Assembly: GCA_964016885.1 (NCBI GenBank)
Contig: OZ024741.1
Location: 84,506,001 to 84,570,000 of the forward strand
Direction of reading: 5' to 3'
DNA: 64,000 nucleotides
Source: Eledone cirrhosa
Lineage: Eukaryota
The notes under the pieces are model-generated. The model did not search any database. It worked only from the letters and a program-made list of their open reading frames with translations, and was not told the origin of the DNA. Position numbers and translations under genes: made by a program. How positions within the stretch are numbered: the first letter of the stretch is position 1; each line of letters opens with the position of its first letter. Shown here piece by piece: positions 43,727 to 56,361 of the stretch.

Positions 43727-44005
43727 TAATTGCCTTATGTTGTTTATTACATAATAATAATTAAGCTCTGTTGCCTACATAGAGCACTCTTTTTTCCTGG
43801 ACTTTTCCGACGGAATTACTTCATTCACATATATATATATATATATATATATAACGAAGGAAAAGTGGTAAGGAACCAGGTGGACCATAACGCACCAAAG
43901 TACTCAATACTTGGGGTAGTAGAGTGGGTAATAGGAACCAGTAAGACCCCGACAGCTGAGCTCAAGCCGTTTCGACGGCTAATTCTGGACTCAGAATTAG
44001 CCGTG

Positions 44006-44066
<61 letters not shown>

Positions 44067-44095
44067 ATTATGTAATAAACAACATAAGGCAATTA

Positions 44096-44155
44096 TTCCA
44101 TTTACCAGTGGTTTCTTAAAAGCAAAAGGTTTTGCTTTCAATCCTCAGAATGGAA
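44096..44155 (-). ncRNA. Type I hammerhead ribozyme, intact core (third copy)
   Basis: Reverse complement of 43667-43726, inside a direct duplication (43855-44228) of 39455-39797. Confidence 0.85.
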
Positions 44156-44276
44156 AAATCCTGGTTTGTTTATTGAATTTGGATTTTAAAAAACAAAAAT
44201 GCAATCTATATGAAAGTGAGGCTGGAGAATTAGCCGTCGAAACGGCTTGAGCTCAGCTGTCGGGGTCTTACTGGTT

Positions 44277-44519
<243 letters not shown>

Positions 44520-44653
44520 AGGTGTATTTTTGGTTGTGTCAAACGGTCCAATAACATTTTTGTTAGCAATATTAAGTTCTCCACGCTTTAGTATATCTCC
44601 ATTTATCGGAACAGCTAGATAATGTAACACGGAGTATTTGTATCAAAATAAAG

Positions 44654-45388
44654 ATCCGAAGGCATAGTATAAATTTCCAATCATTTTAATCACGACACAT
44701 GTTTCAATAACAGATAGATCGATCGTGTAACCATGATCGATTATCACTGATCTCGGCAGGTGAAAATGAATTGTTTCAAATCCTTGATATGAGGGAGACA
44801 ATTAACGGTGTTCATTCACAGAGTTTAGTCCCTCATATGAAGATCAAGCAGTTTACAAAACTAACTTTCGGTGAATACTATGTTGGTATATTTGTATTTT
44901 TATATGTTCTTTAACCTCGTATCGGTGTGTGTGAGTGTGTGTGTGTACTGACTCACACTAACTGTGACCGTCTATAGTTCTAGATTTGATGCTGTGTTGG
45001 GATGTGTATATATATTTTTTTCTTTGACCTCGCGCCATATATGTGTGAGTGTGTGTGTACCCACTCACATTAACTGTGACCGACTGTAATTCTACAGATT
45101 TGATTGATGTCCAGCGTCTTTTACAGCCATTGGGAGACTTGATAGTTTTATGACCCTAACTGAGGACGATAGCAGTCGCCGTGTTGTGACTGCTTGATCT
45201 TCATATGAGGGACTAAACTCTGTGAATGAACACCGTTAATTTTCTCCCTCATATCAAGGATTTGAAGACAATTCATTTTCATCTGACAAGATCAGTGATA
45301 ATCGATCATGGCTACACGATCGATCTATCTCTTATTGAAACATGTGTCGTGATTAAAATGATTGGAAATTTACACCATGCCTTCGGAT
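44654..45388. repeat. Inverted repeat (arms 44654-44852 and 45189-45388) with a hammerhead motif in each arm
   Basis: 44690-44763(-): tcac-CTGCCGA-long helix II-GAAAC atgt GTC-gtga. 45279-45352(+): tcat-CTGACAA-..-GAAAC atgt GTC-gtga. The consensus core is CTGACGA. Confidence 0.85.
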
Positions 45389-45465
45389 GTTTATTTATAT
45401 ATATATATATATATATTGAAAAGATAACAAGGACGATTGGTTACTCCTTCATTACATTTATTGGT

Positions 45466-45544
45466 AGGTGACACGCGTTTCGCCACTGACCAGCTCAAGG
45501 TTCGATCTGTATCGATCTTACCCGACTCAATAATCCTCAGCTCG
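45466..45544 (-). ncRNA. Hammerhead-like motif with weak helix I
   Basis: CTGAGGA-ttattga..gatcga tacaga tcga..tcagtggc-GAAAC gcgt GTC, followed by aataaa and a (TA)n boundary. Confidence 0.5.
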
Positions 45545-46126
45545 ACGGACCCCTTAAAATGCTAGTAGGAAATGAATACGTGCTATATGATAAAGTCAGA
45601 AGTTCATATGCTGGTCAATAAGGCTTGTTTTGATTGGTGGAATAGATCATATAGATGTTTTCGCCTGTAGTGTATGTGGGGGTGGATGTGATGATAAGAT
45701 GGTGGTGACGGTCGAAGGCTAAGATGGGTTGTGCGGGAGATTGTCGGTAGACAGATTGGCGTGTATTTGTGGCTGATTATTGTGTGTGGTGTGGGTGTGG
45801 TTTTGTTGTTTATGGTGTGGTGGATGTGTTGGTGGTGTCAAATACAATGGTGAGATACATACCTAGACACACTTAGTCTGCCAAAGACGTTGTATACATA
45901 CACATGCGTATATACACATACACACACACATACATACACACACATATACATATACACACATGTGTGTGCGTGTATTTAGAGAGAGGGGCAGTGTCAGTGG
46001 GGATGGCGTAGTACATAGATAGAGGGAGGGGGAGAGCCTATGGAGTTAGCGTTGTTCACATAAATATATATATACACATGTATATATATATACATATATA
46101 TATATACATACCTACACACAGACACA

Positions 46127-46347
46127 CACACTTGCGTTGTTTAGGGAGGGAAAGTATGTGTTGGCGATGTTAATGATGTTAATGATTGTTGGAGTATGGA
46201 GATGTGCCTTGTGGTGGCGGTGGTGGTGTTGTGAGCGACAACAATTACACAGGATCGAATTATACGATGGGCTACAGGTTAAAAAGTGACATAGGGAACA
46301 CGGGGAAAAATGGCGTTGTTCATATAAATATATATATATATATACAC

Positions 46348-46382
<35 letters not shown>

Positions 46383-46646
46383 ATCAAAAGATGATTAAAA
46401 GAGTTCCATGTATTTTATTATGCGCATTTCAAAAACAAATATCATCATGCGATGACATTTGCGTTTTCATCAGATAAAATAGGGAGACATGATATGAAGG
46501 TTAAAAAACACTTGTGAATAGTGCAGTTTTAAATCAACATATCACACTTGCGTTGTTTAGGAAGGGAAATTATGTGTTGGCGATGTTAATGATGTTAATG
46601 ATTGTTGGAGTATGGAGATGTGCCTTGTGTTGGCGGTGGTGGTGCT
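46127..46646. repeat. ~105-bp direct repeat (46127-46232 and 46544-46646)
   Basis: cacacttgcgttgtttagg..tatgtgttggcgatgttaatgatgttaatgattgttggagtatggagatgtgccttgtg in both. Confidence 0.9.
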
Positions 46647-46679
46647 GTGAACCTACAGTAACTCCAACCAAGTTACACT

Positions 46680-46720
<41 letters not shown>

Positions 46721-46760
46721 AATAACAAAATAAGATGCTGAGGTTACATAAATCGTTTAA

Positions 46761-46844
46761 TCATTATAATTATTTCCACGGTTCTCCATGGAATCGAGAA
46801 GTCCTTCATGCATTTGTTGTTATGAGAATGGTATCCTCAGATGA
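46761..46844 (-). ncRNA. Type I hammerhead with extended helix II; mirrored copy at 47732-47818(+) in inverted repeat 46721-47019 / 47543-47818
   Basis: tcat-CTGAGGA-taccattctc..gagaaccgtg-GAAA taatta TA-atga; helix III palindrome ATAATTAT. Confidence 0.75.
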
Positions 46845-47818
46845 AATCCGATTTGTTTGATATGCCTCCGGCAGTAAAAACACACGTCCTATTGCTTGTG
46901 TGCCCAGCAGACATATGAGTTCATGAAAGAGACTCCCAGCCGTCGTATTTGCTGGAGTTAAAAAACGAAAACAGTGTGTGTAGCCAAAGCCAAGTAGATA
47001 GTGGAAGTAATAGATGGAGCTTTGACAACAACAACAGTAACGGTAACCAATATTAATACTGCCCCTCACCTATCCTGGCCATCGTAGTTGTGGTGGTATC
47101 ATTGATATTAGTATCAAGTCAATGGCAGTGAAAACCCATTACTCGAGAGCCAGACAGCGGTAACACCAACAACAATAATAGAGGCCATCAAGTCTGTGTA
47201 TCAACCTGCCTCAGAGCACCGTTTATTGCTGTGGCAGTTATTATCGTTGTTATTGTTGGCAGGGTGGTACCGTCACTTAACTGCTACGGCCTATGTACGC
47301 GACGTTGGTCTGTGTTGTTGCTGTTGTTGCCGTTGCTGTTGTAGTTGTTTATTGTAGGTGTTGCTATCGTTGTTGTTGTCAGAGGGTAGTAATATCACTA
47401 CGACTGCTGCGGACTGTGTGGACGACTTTTGGTCGGCGTTTTGCTGTTATTGTTGTTGTTGTTATCGTCATCGTTGTTGTTATTGTTGTAGTGTTGTCTT
47501 ATGTGGCTGTCAACAAAATATATACCCCACCCTCCCTCAGAACTCCATCTATTACCTCCACTCTCTACTGGGCTGTGGCTACACACAGTTTTTTCGTTTT
47601 TTCGTTGATAGCACTTTACTCCAGCAAACACGACGGCTGGGAGATTCTATCAGGAACTCATATGTCTGCTGGGCACACAAGCAATAGGACGTGTGTTTTT
47701 ACTGTCGGCGGCATATCACACAAATCAGATATCATCTGAGGATACCGTTCTCATAACAACAACAAATGCCTGAAGGACTTCTCGATTTCATAGAGAACCG
47801 TGAAAATAATTATAATGA

Positions 47819-49141
47819 CTAGCAGAAAAACCACCTTTCGGATGGTTTTCTGCTAGCATGTGTAGTGTGTATATTTATATTACACGCAGGTATATATACA
47901 TATAGATATGATACATCAATTAAAATCGTAATTGACAATATATAATACATAGAAATTGAACGAAGACTGCGTTACACTGTCTTATTTAATCAGTAACGTA
48001 ATCCATGATATATTAAAAAAGACGATATTATATATAAACTGCATTCGGAGAAAATCAGTGACAGAAAATTAGTGTTTATTTAAGCGATGGCCAAACGGAA
48101 GTGTGGACATTTCAGACATCTTAAAGAAGTGCATATTTAAATAAACAAAATATATTTAATCAACAGCGACGAAATTTAGTAGATAAATTATGTAATATTC
48201 ATTCATTATCTATTCAAAGTAATCCAACTTATTTTATTAATGGGATAAAAAATTATAAACCGTACGCAGTCCCGCGCTCCTTACTTTATTATAGTTAAGA
48301 TGAGTTTTAAAAAAACAGAGTTAATAAATAAAGAGTTAATCAATAAATAAAACCTTATTGATATTTTACCTTCCCATTTCCAATTAAACCGAACACTATC
48401 ATAACTCTATGTGTGTGTGTGTTTGTGTAAATGTATATGTATGAATGTATGTATGTTTGAGTAAATGTATATGTATGTTTGTGTGAATGTATGTATGTTT
48501 GTGTGAAAGTATCTCTGAATGTAAGTATATTTGTGTGAAAGTATACCCTCCCATCTACAATTAAACCGAATGCTATCATGACTGTATATGTGTGTTTGTG
48601 TAAATGTATATGTGGGAATGTATGTATATTTGTGTGAATGTATGTATATTTGTGTGAAAGTATGTATGTTTGTGTGAAAGTATGTGTGAATGTATGTATA
48701 TTTGTGTGAAAGTATGTGTATTTGTGTGAATTATATCCGTGAGTGTGTATTTGTATAAGTTTGTGTTTGCGTGATTATAGTTATATACTCATAATAGTTA
48801 TATACTCATACATATAGATGTATGTATGTGCACAATCATACGCGTCAGGTGTAGAAAATCATAATCTCTCTATCTCTCTCATCACAATCTCTCTCTTTCT
48901 ATATGTATGGTAGTTGAAATGGTGGTGGTGCCGACGATATACCGGAAGTGCAACTTTGAAAAGAAGTCAATTTGAAATTATTTAATTTTACGAAATTATT
49001 TTTGTTTACGAAATTGAGTAGATAAATTATGTAATATTCATTCCTTATTTATTCAAAGTAATCCAACTTATTTTACAAACGGGATAAAAAAAATAATAAA
49101 CCGTACGCAATCCCGCAGATCTTCCTTTATTATAGTTTAGA
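47819..49141 (-). mobile_element. Non-autonomous Helitron
   Basis: Minus strand starts TCtaaactataataaagg and ends with hairpin ctagcagaaaaccatc cgaa aggtggtttttctg-CTAG. It is inserted between A and T with no TSD; the empty site taatga|ttaaacgatttatg survives in the mirrored arm at 46745-46766. A second 5'-end copy lies at ~48178-48300. Confidence 0.85.
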
Positions 49142-49146
49142 TTAAA

Positions 49147-49334
49147 GGGCAGAGGATTGGCAGTACCAGTAGAGGGTCGGACGCCATGCTTTGACGCATA
49201 GAGTTACGGTCCTTGCCATTCTGAGTTCAAATCCCGCCGAGGTTAACTTTGCCTTTCATCCTTTCGGGGTCGATAAAATAAAGTACCAGTAATACACTGG
49301 GTTAATTGCTGGCCTTGTGCCAAAAGTAGAAACA
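49147..49334 (+). mobile_element. tRNA-derived SINE with 18-bp TSD spanning the Helitron junction
   Basis: attatagtttagattaaa at 49129-49146 and 49335-49352. Confidence 0.92.
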
Positions 49335-49476
49335 ATTATAGTTTAGATTAAACGATTTATGTAACCTCAGCATCTTATTTTGTTATTTTTATAAAAATCT
49401 CCATCGTAACTGAAAATTGCGATTGTTGAGAGCTTTCTCCTGCCTACTCCTGTTTTTACCAAAACAATCTCTTCGG

Positions 49477-49670
<194 letters not shown>

Positions 49671-50192
49671 TGCGCTGTGTGTGTGTGTGTGATATACACA
49701 AAACTTGACATTGACACTTACATAGTATACTCACAGCTATTGAGTAAGCTGGGAAGTGATAGCTTAAAATACCAATAGCGAGACTCATGTGTGTTTAATA
49801 TACGTAAACATATATGTATATATATGCTTTCATTACATCTCCATTAATACATATACATACACGATAATACGTACATATATAAATACACCTATGTATCCAT
49901 GTATATAACATGCCTATATGTGTAAATATATATGCTAAAATCATATTGAGGATGATGATGATGATGATAGTGACAACAGTGACAGGAATTGTGGCACAGT
50001 TCCACACTGTTGTGTTGCAAGGTTTTTCCAATATCGAATTGTGTGCAGTTTTCAAATAGCGTTATGTGTAATCGATACAACATATAATATCGATAATAAT
50101 ATTGATAATTCAAAATTGAATGTTTAGTACAATAATACATTTTTTTCTGTTCCACGTTAAGAATTCATACACACACACACACACGCAAGCAT

Positions 50193-50238
<46 letters not shown>

Positions 50239-50379
50239 CCCCCCCCACACACACACAACCCCCCCCCACACACACACACATACGCACACGCACACACTCG
50301 TGTATACACACCCTTATAGATACACAGAAGAACATTGTACTCGATCCTCATGCTTTGATTTCAAATCCTACCAACGTGA

Positions 50380-50505
50380 ACATTATCATTCCTACTTCCG
50401 AGAACGATAAAATTGAGTACCAGTGAAATACTCGGGTCGATATAATCGAATTCTCGTTCGTCCCTAAAAATTACTGGCATCGCACATATTTTAGAAACAA
50501 TTATT
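50380..50505 (+). mobile_element. Diverged SINE 3' half
   Basis: cgataaaattgagtaccagtgaaatactcgggtcgat..tagaaacaattatt. Confidence 0.6.
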
Positions 50506-51379
50506 ATATATATCGTCACTGAAAGTATAATTACAAGTAATAAAACATCTAATTACTTTTTGTGTGTCGTAGAAGCAATAGAAATTATAGAGGTGAATTT
50601 AATATCCAATTATATATTAATGACAAAAGAGGTGCCTATAAAATTGTCTCTATTTCCTGAATCTAATAATGTGTCAGTGAATATATTATTTATTGAAGTT
50701 GTAAAAATTGATGTTTCAGAGCAGAGGAAACAGCTGCAAACGTAGTAAAATTGGAATTTCATACACTTATAATTCGAACAACAAAAGGATTATACGAAGA
50801 GATAAACTATATCGTCCAGAAGATGTAGTTGGTTTTCTTGGTGAACCCACAGGGGAAATGTTACGGGGTATTTACATGATCCCCAGAAATTATATAATAC
50901 ATACTGGGGAAGGACAATTCAACTAAGCAAGTGTAGGTAGGTAACCCTAAATAGCTTTTGTATTTATATATTTTGTGTTAATTTTGGTGTTTTATGATAT
51001 AGTTATGATTATTTCCTCTTTTATGAAATTTATCGCTAGGTTTATATAAATTTCGTTGTCCAGCCCTAAATGTATTGTAGTCTCTATGTCTACTGAATTC
51101 TATGTGCACGCACTTGTGGCTAATAAAAATGACATTATTATTATTAAATATGTTTCCTCTCTGGCCAAAGCCTTCATCATTTTCTTAAAATACTCTTTCA
51201 AAAGGAATAAGAGGGTAAAGAGTTAACTGGTTTGTTTTATGAAAGATAGATGAAAGCGGGGAGAAGGAAAAGGCCGAATATGATTATTCGGACTATGCTT
51301 TTCTAGTCAGGGGGAAGTAACCTGGGAATAAATTCTTACAATGCGCTTGACGCGACAGAGTAATCTGATGGGGTTTTTT

Positions 51380-51780
51380 TTTGTGTGCGGAATAAACTTT
51401 GAAGATATCTCCCACATCATAAGGAACTGTCATCACGATACTATCTAACTATGAACATGTAGTGTGTTAAACACTATATGATAATCATGAGAATAATCAT
51501 AAAAAGTTACAGTGTTATGGAGGACATATGCAGTCAAAATCCCAATAAAATATAAACCTAACAGACTGGACATAGTGATATGGTTCAGAGAGAAGAAGTC
51601 ATGTACAAAAGTGGAAATGTGTTGCCCACAAGTTGCCAATGTAAGGCTAAAGATTAGCGAGACAGAGAATATTTATGCTGAACCCAATGAAAACCCTAGA
51701 TGCTCCACCCTGACTATTCATTAGGGCATTGGAATAGGTTACTTACTGCCTCCGTATATAACTTGTGAAGATGGGCTTCA
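51380..51780 (+). mobile_element. Remnant of a restriction-like-endonuclease LINE (R4/Dong/NeSL-type)
   Basis: Translation CHHDTI..KPNRLDIVIWFREKKSCTKVEMCCP..N..LKISETENIY resembles the RHD..NRPDIV..E..CP..K..KY endonuclease motif. Confidence 0.75.
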
Positions 51781-54235
51781 CAAAATAAGGAAGAGCTCGA
51801 CTAGTTGGGAAGTTGCAATTACTGATCATTAATGGAACAGTGAAAATACGGAAAACATTTCAGAAATTCAACATCTCATAACTGCATATACATATGTATA
51901 GATAAAGAAACATATGCGCGTGTACACATATTACACAAAACGTACAGATCCACAAATGCAATGAAACCCATACCACACACACGCACACACACACACACCG
52001 CGCGCGCACACACACACAGAGACACACACACACAGACGCACAGACACACACACATTTATTTACCTAGTTGATATTGTCTAAATTCTTTGTTTCTATGTTA
52101 TCTAAATTGTTGTTTCTAAGATAGAAACCGGCTCTTTCTATATTGGTGAAAATTTATAAAATAATAAAATCAGAAGAACATACATATATACATATATAAC
52201 ATTTTTGTGTGAAAGCATGAGCCTCATTATTATATTCGGCCCATAGTTACTGAAAATATAATAGAAGTAACATTTTAATGTGTGTATTGTTAGCTCATAA
52301 GTAATTATTGGTTCGAATTTGCACTATTTCAAATAAACGGACAGAATAAGTTCACATAAAGTATATAGCGTGTTTGCGAAGTAGCTGAGTTAATAATTAT
52401 TGTCGACCAGTTGAATATATTGTAAATATGTCGTGATATCTCTTTGCTTTACTATAGATATTATTAAAGAGCACTTTATTTGTCAGCCCCTATAAATTTA
52501 ATTATTATCAAGCTATGCAAACAAATCAAAGCGAATAGGTTTGAACCAATATACCGCATGACGAATTCTTTTCAAAATTGCTTCATGGATTCAGTTAAGG
52601 CTTTGACAGAATAACCAAACCTATGATTGGTTATTTCACTGAATAACCAATCATGATTACTTGCTTGTTTAATTTCTAAGCTACTATCAGTAGCACATGA
52701 GTGGAATTTGACAAAAAATCGGCATAGATTTCCATCTTATTTATAATTAATAACCCACAGTGTGATTTCACAGTTCCCAATTAAGAAAAGAAAAGTACCT
52801 AAGGCTACGTTGTCCACTTTGTCCTAATTATTTTAAGGTTAATACATGTTTGAAACACGCATATGTAGTGCACAATTTTTATTCATCTAGCAGATAACTC
52901 AATGAAAGACTTGAAACATAAATTAGTTATTGTCTAGTGTTAATGTTTAGATTTTTGGAATGGCCGTGAAATTTTGTTCACATGCTTCACCGCTATAAGC
53001 TGCACAATTTCGTAAACTTTTTCTTTCAATATATGACATTTATGTATGAGGTTACGTGAATTGACAAAAAATGTAAGGCATGCACATCGACGATGAGGGC
53101 TTTGGCGATAATGACAACGACGACAATGAAAGAGGAGGAGGAGGGGATGATGATGATGATGATAATGATGATGATGGTGATGATGATGATGAGGAGGAGG
53201 AGGAGGGGGGACTGTATAACCTTATTTAGAGGAACTAAACTTTTTTTTCGAATCTGAACAAAAGTCAAATCAGTGAGTTTATATGTAAAAAATAAACAGG
53301 AAAGAAAAAGAGGTGTTAAAGTGTGCTAACGTGCAACACAAGAAGAACACCGGAGTTTAGAAAGAAATGGAAATAAAACGATATAAAAAAATGAATAACA
53401 ACAAAAAAAAATTAACAAGAAGAAAGAATGGATATTTCTCTTGCAGCATAAAAGAAAAGAAGATTAAAAAAACACAAGACGAATAAAAGAATAGAGAAAG
53501 AATAAGAATGAACAGATGTATTTGAGAAATAGAAGATTGTTTATTATTATTGTTGTTATTGTTGTCGTTATTTTCATTTTTATTGTTATTATTATTATTA
53601 TTATTATTTTCATCGGGGGAGTGATTTTGTTAGCCGAAACATCACAGAAAAATTAGACTTAAACAATCAGCTTTCCGCGATTCTTACATTAAAAAATATG
53701 GAGAGAAACTGATGTCGTTTTGTTTTTGTTGTTGTTTACATTTGTTTTTTAATATATTTTTAAACACCTGCATTATTTTTCAGATTGGGTATCATGCTGT
53801 TTATATCATAACTTACTTTATGAAAGGAAAGGAGAGAAACAAATAAAACCGGAAAGGAATGATGGAAGAAAAGCATAAAATGAAAAAAAATACGCAATAT
53901 CAAGCAATAAGAATGATGGCAAACAAATGCTTTGTATGGAGCTGTTTCACAGAGAACTAGATCCTATTACTTCTTTTATCCACAAAAAAATGAAAGAATT
54001 GTTTGTTGCTTCAGTTCTTTGAATGTGCGTCTGTGTATGTGTACTTGTGTGTGTATGTGTATTAAAGAGAGAGAGAAAGAGAGTATTAGAACTACAAACA
54101 CATACACATACACAGCAAATCCACATATATGTGTCTGTTTGCATGTATACATACATATATAGAGACTGTTAGATAAATAGAAATATGTGAGTGAGGTGAG
54201 TGTGTGTGTGTATGTGTGTGTATGTGTATGGATAT

Positions 54236-54337
<102 letters not shown>

Positions 54338-54496
54338 TAGGGTGTCCAAAAAATGTATACACTTCAACAGCATTCTAATAAAAATATATATATATATATA
54401 CATATATAAACATTTTCCGATGACCCACTCTACTATCCTAAGCATTGAGTACTCTGGTGCGTTATGGTCCATCTGGTTCCTTACTACACCTCCTTC

Positions 54497-54584
<88 letters not shown>

Positions 54585-54749
54585 TATACATGGTGAGAGA
54601 GAGTGAGTTTGTGAGTGGGTATGCGTAAATGAAACATGGGGGAAAGAAAAGGTTGAACTTACTACAACCAGTTCTAATATATATTCTCTTATTTTACGAC
54701 TTAGTAAGGTAGTAAACACATGAATCATACCTGCATATCTCGGATATTT

Positions 54750-55590
54750 TTCTCACATATTCTGACAGCTATGAACATATTGGGTTGAAGAACAGATAAT
54801 AAATGCATCTGATATCGCGCTGGAACTCTTTAAAAAATATGCTCGCAAATTTATCTCAGAACGACAAATAGATTCACTGGAGTTGTGACACTAATTTAAA
54901 CAACAAACTCCCTCATATTCTGGTCTAGAGGTGGCTGCGCAGTTAAATCTTCACAACTTCGTGACAGATCGTGTAAGTGACTTCTTAGATCATAAAGCTA
55001 GTACTTTTATTTTTTAAGCATTTTTTACAGACAGATACATGCCAACATGTTATGTCACATCGACATATAAAGATATGTTATACCAGTTCTGAACCGGATA
55101 CACATAGCTTAAGTATACCAATGAGTTGTGCATTAAATTGAGTTGACAAGAGTTGTACAAGCGTAGTCGCATATATTAAACATGTTTTTCGAGGGTCAAC
55201 TTACCGATCACAGAATTAACACCCTTCCCCGACACTTGAGTACGTTTAGCAGAATCCAGTCTCTTGCATCTTGACATACTGCTTCCCTCTGTCAACAAAA
55301 CATAAACCTTTTTTATATTTACACTACTTTCAATGAATCTCACAAGACGTATTAAACATGATGATTGATGACCATTTTCTTTCTAAATAAATTAGAACAT
55401 AAAACGTTTTAATTTATTATTCGGAGCAAAATTATCATCAATGAAGTATCTATAAATATTAGTAAAGAAGAAAAAATCAGCGCACATTTTAAAGACCAAA
55501 TTGTCCTCCAGATAGTGAATAATGTTGTCAATGGAGTGAAATCGACTAGAAGTATTCAAGGAACAAATACTACACGGCATTACCCCTAAT
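54750..55590 (-). pseudogene. Possible decayed DNA-transposase fragment
   Basis: Non-repetitive island. The minus strand reads SGKGVNSVIGKLTLEKH near 55185-55235, reminiscent of a KGxNxVIS.L..F transposase motif; many stops. Confidence 0.3.
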
Positions 55591-55722
55591 GCTCAACAAG
55601 TTTGGCAATATAATAACCAAATCGGCTTACGATAACCATATATATATATATGCGAGTGTGTATATATATATATATAAATACATTTACAATATTATACAAA
55701 ATCCACTGTATACGGAATTAAA

Positions 55723-55953
<231 letters not shown>

Positions 55954-56006
55954 ACACGCGCACGCACAAGCCCACAACACACACACGCACACACACACGT
56001 ACACAT

Positions 56007-56091
<85 letters not shown>

Positions 56092-56325
56092 AACTCATGC
56101 ATACGCACGTGCTCAAGTATAGCTCTTTTTACAAAACGGCTTTTTTCCCTTTCAGGTAGACGCCTGCCATCATCCACTTTTCTAAAAATCAAATCATACA
56201 CAAAACACCAGCACCAACAGTTTTGCACGAGATGTCAACATGAATGGACCTGTTGTTTTTATCTAAAGACATTTTTTCCAATTCCAAGCCGCCCGTCTCC
56301 TCAATCTATTTTATTTCTCATTCTT

Positions 56326-56361
56326 TCTTCTGATGAAGGACTAGCGTCCGAAACGTTAAGA
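56326..56361 (+). ncRNA. Minimal type I hammerhead
   Basis: tctt-CTGATGA-a-ggac tagc gtcc-GAAACGTT-aaga. Helix III is reduced to the palindrome AACGTT, as in dimer-forming PLE hammerheads. Confidence 0.8.
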
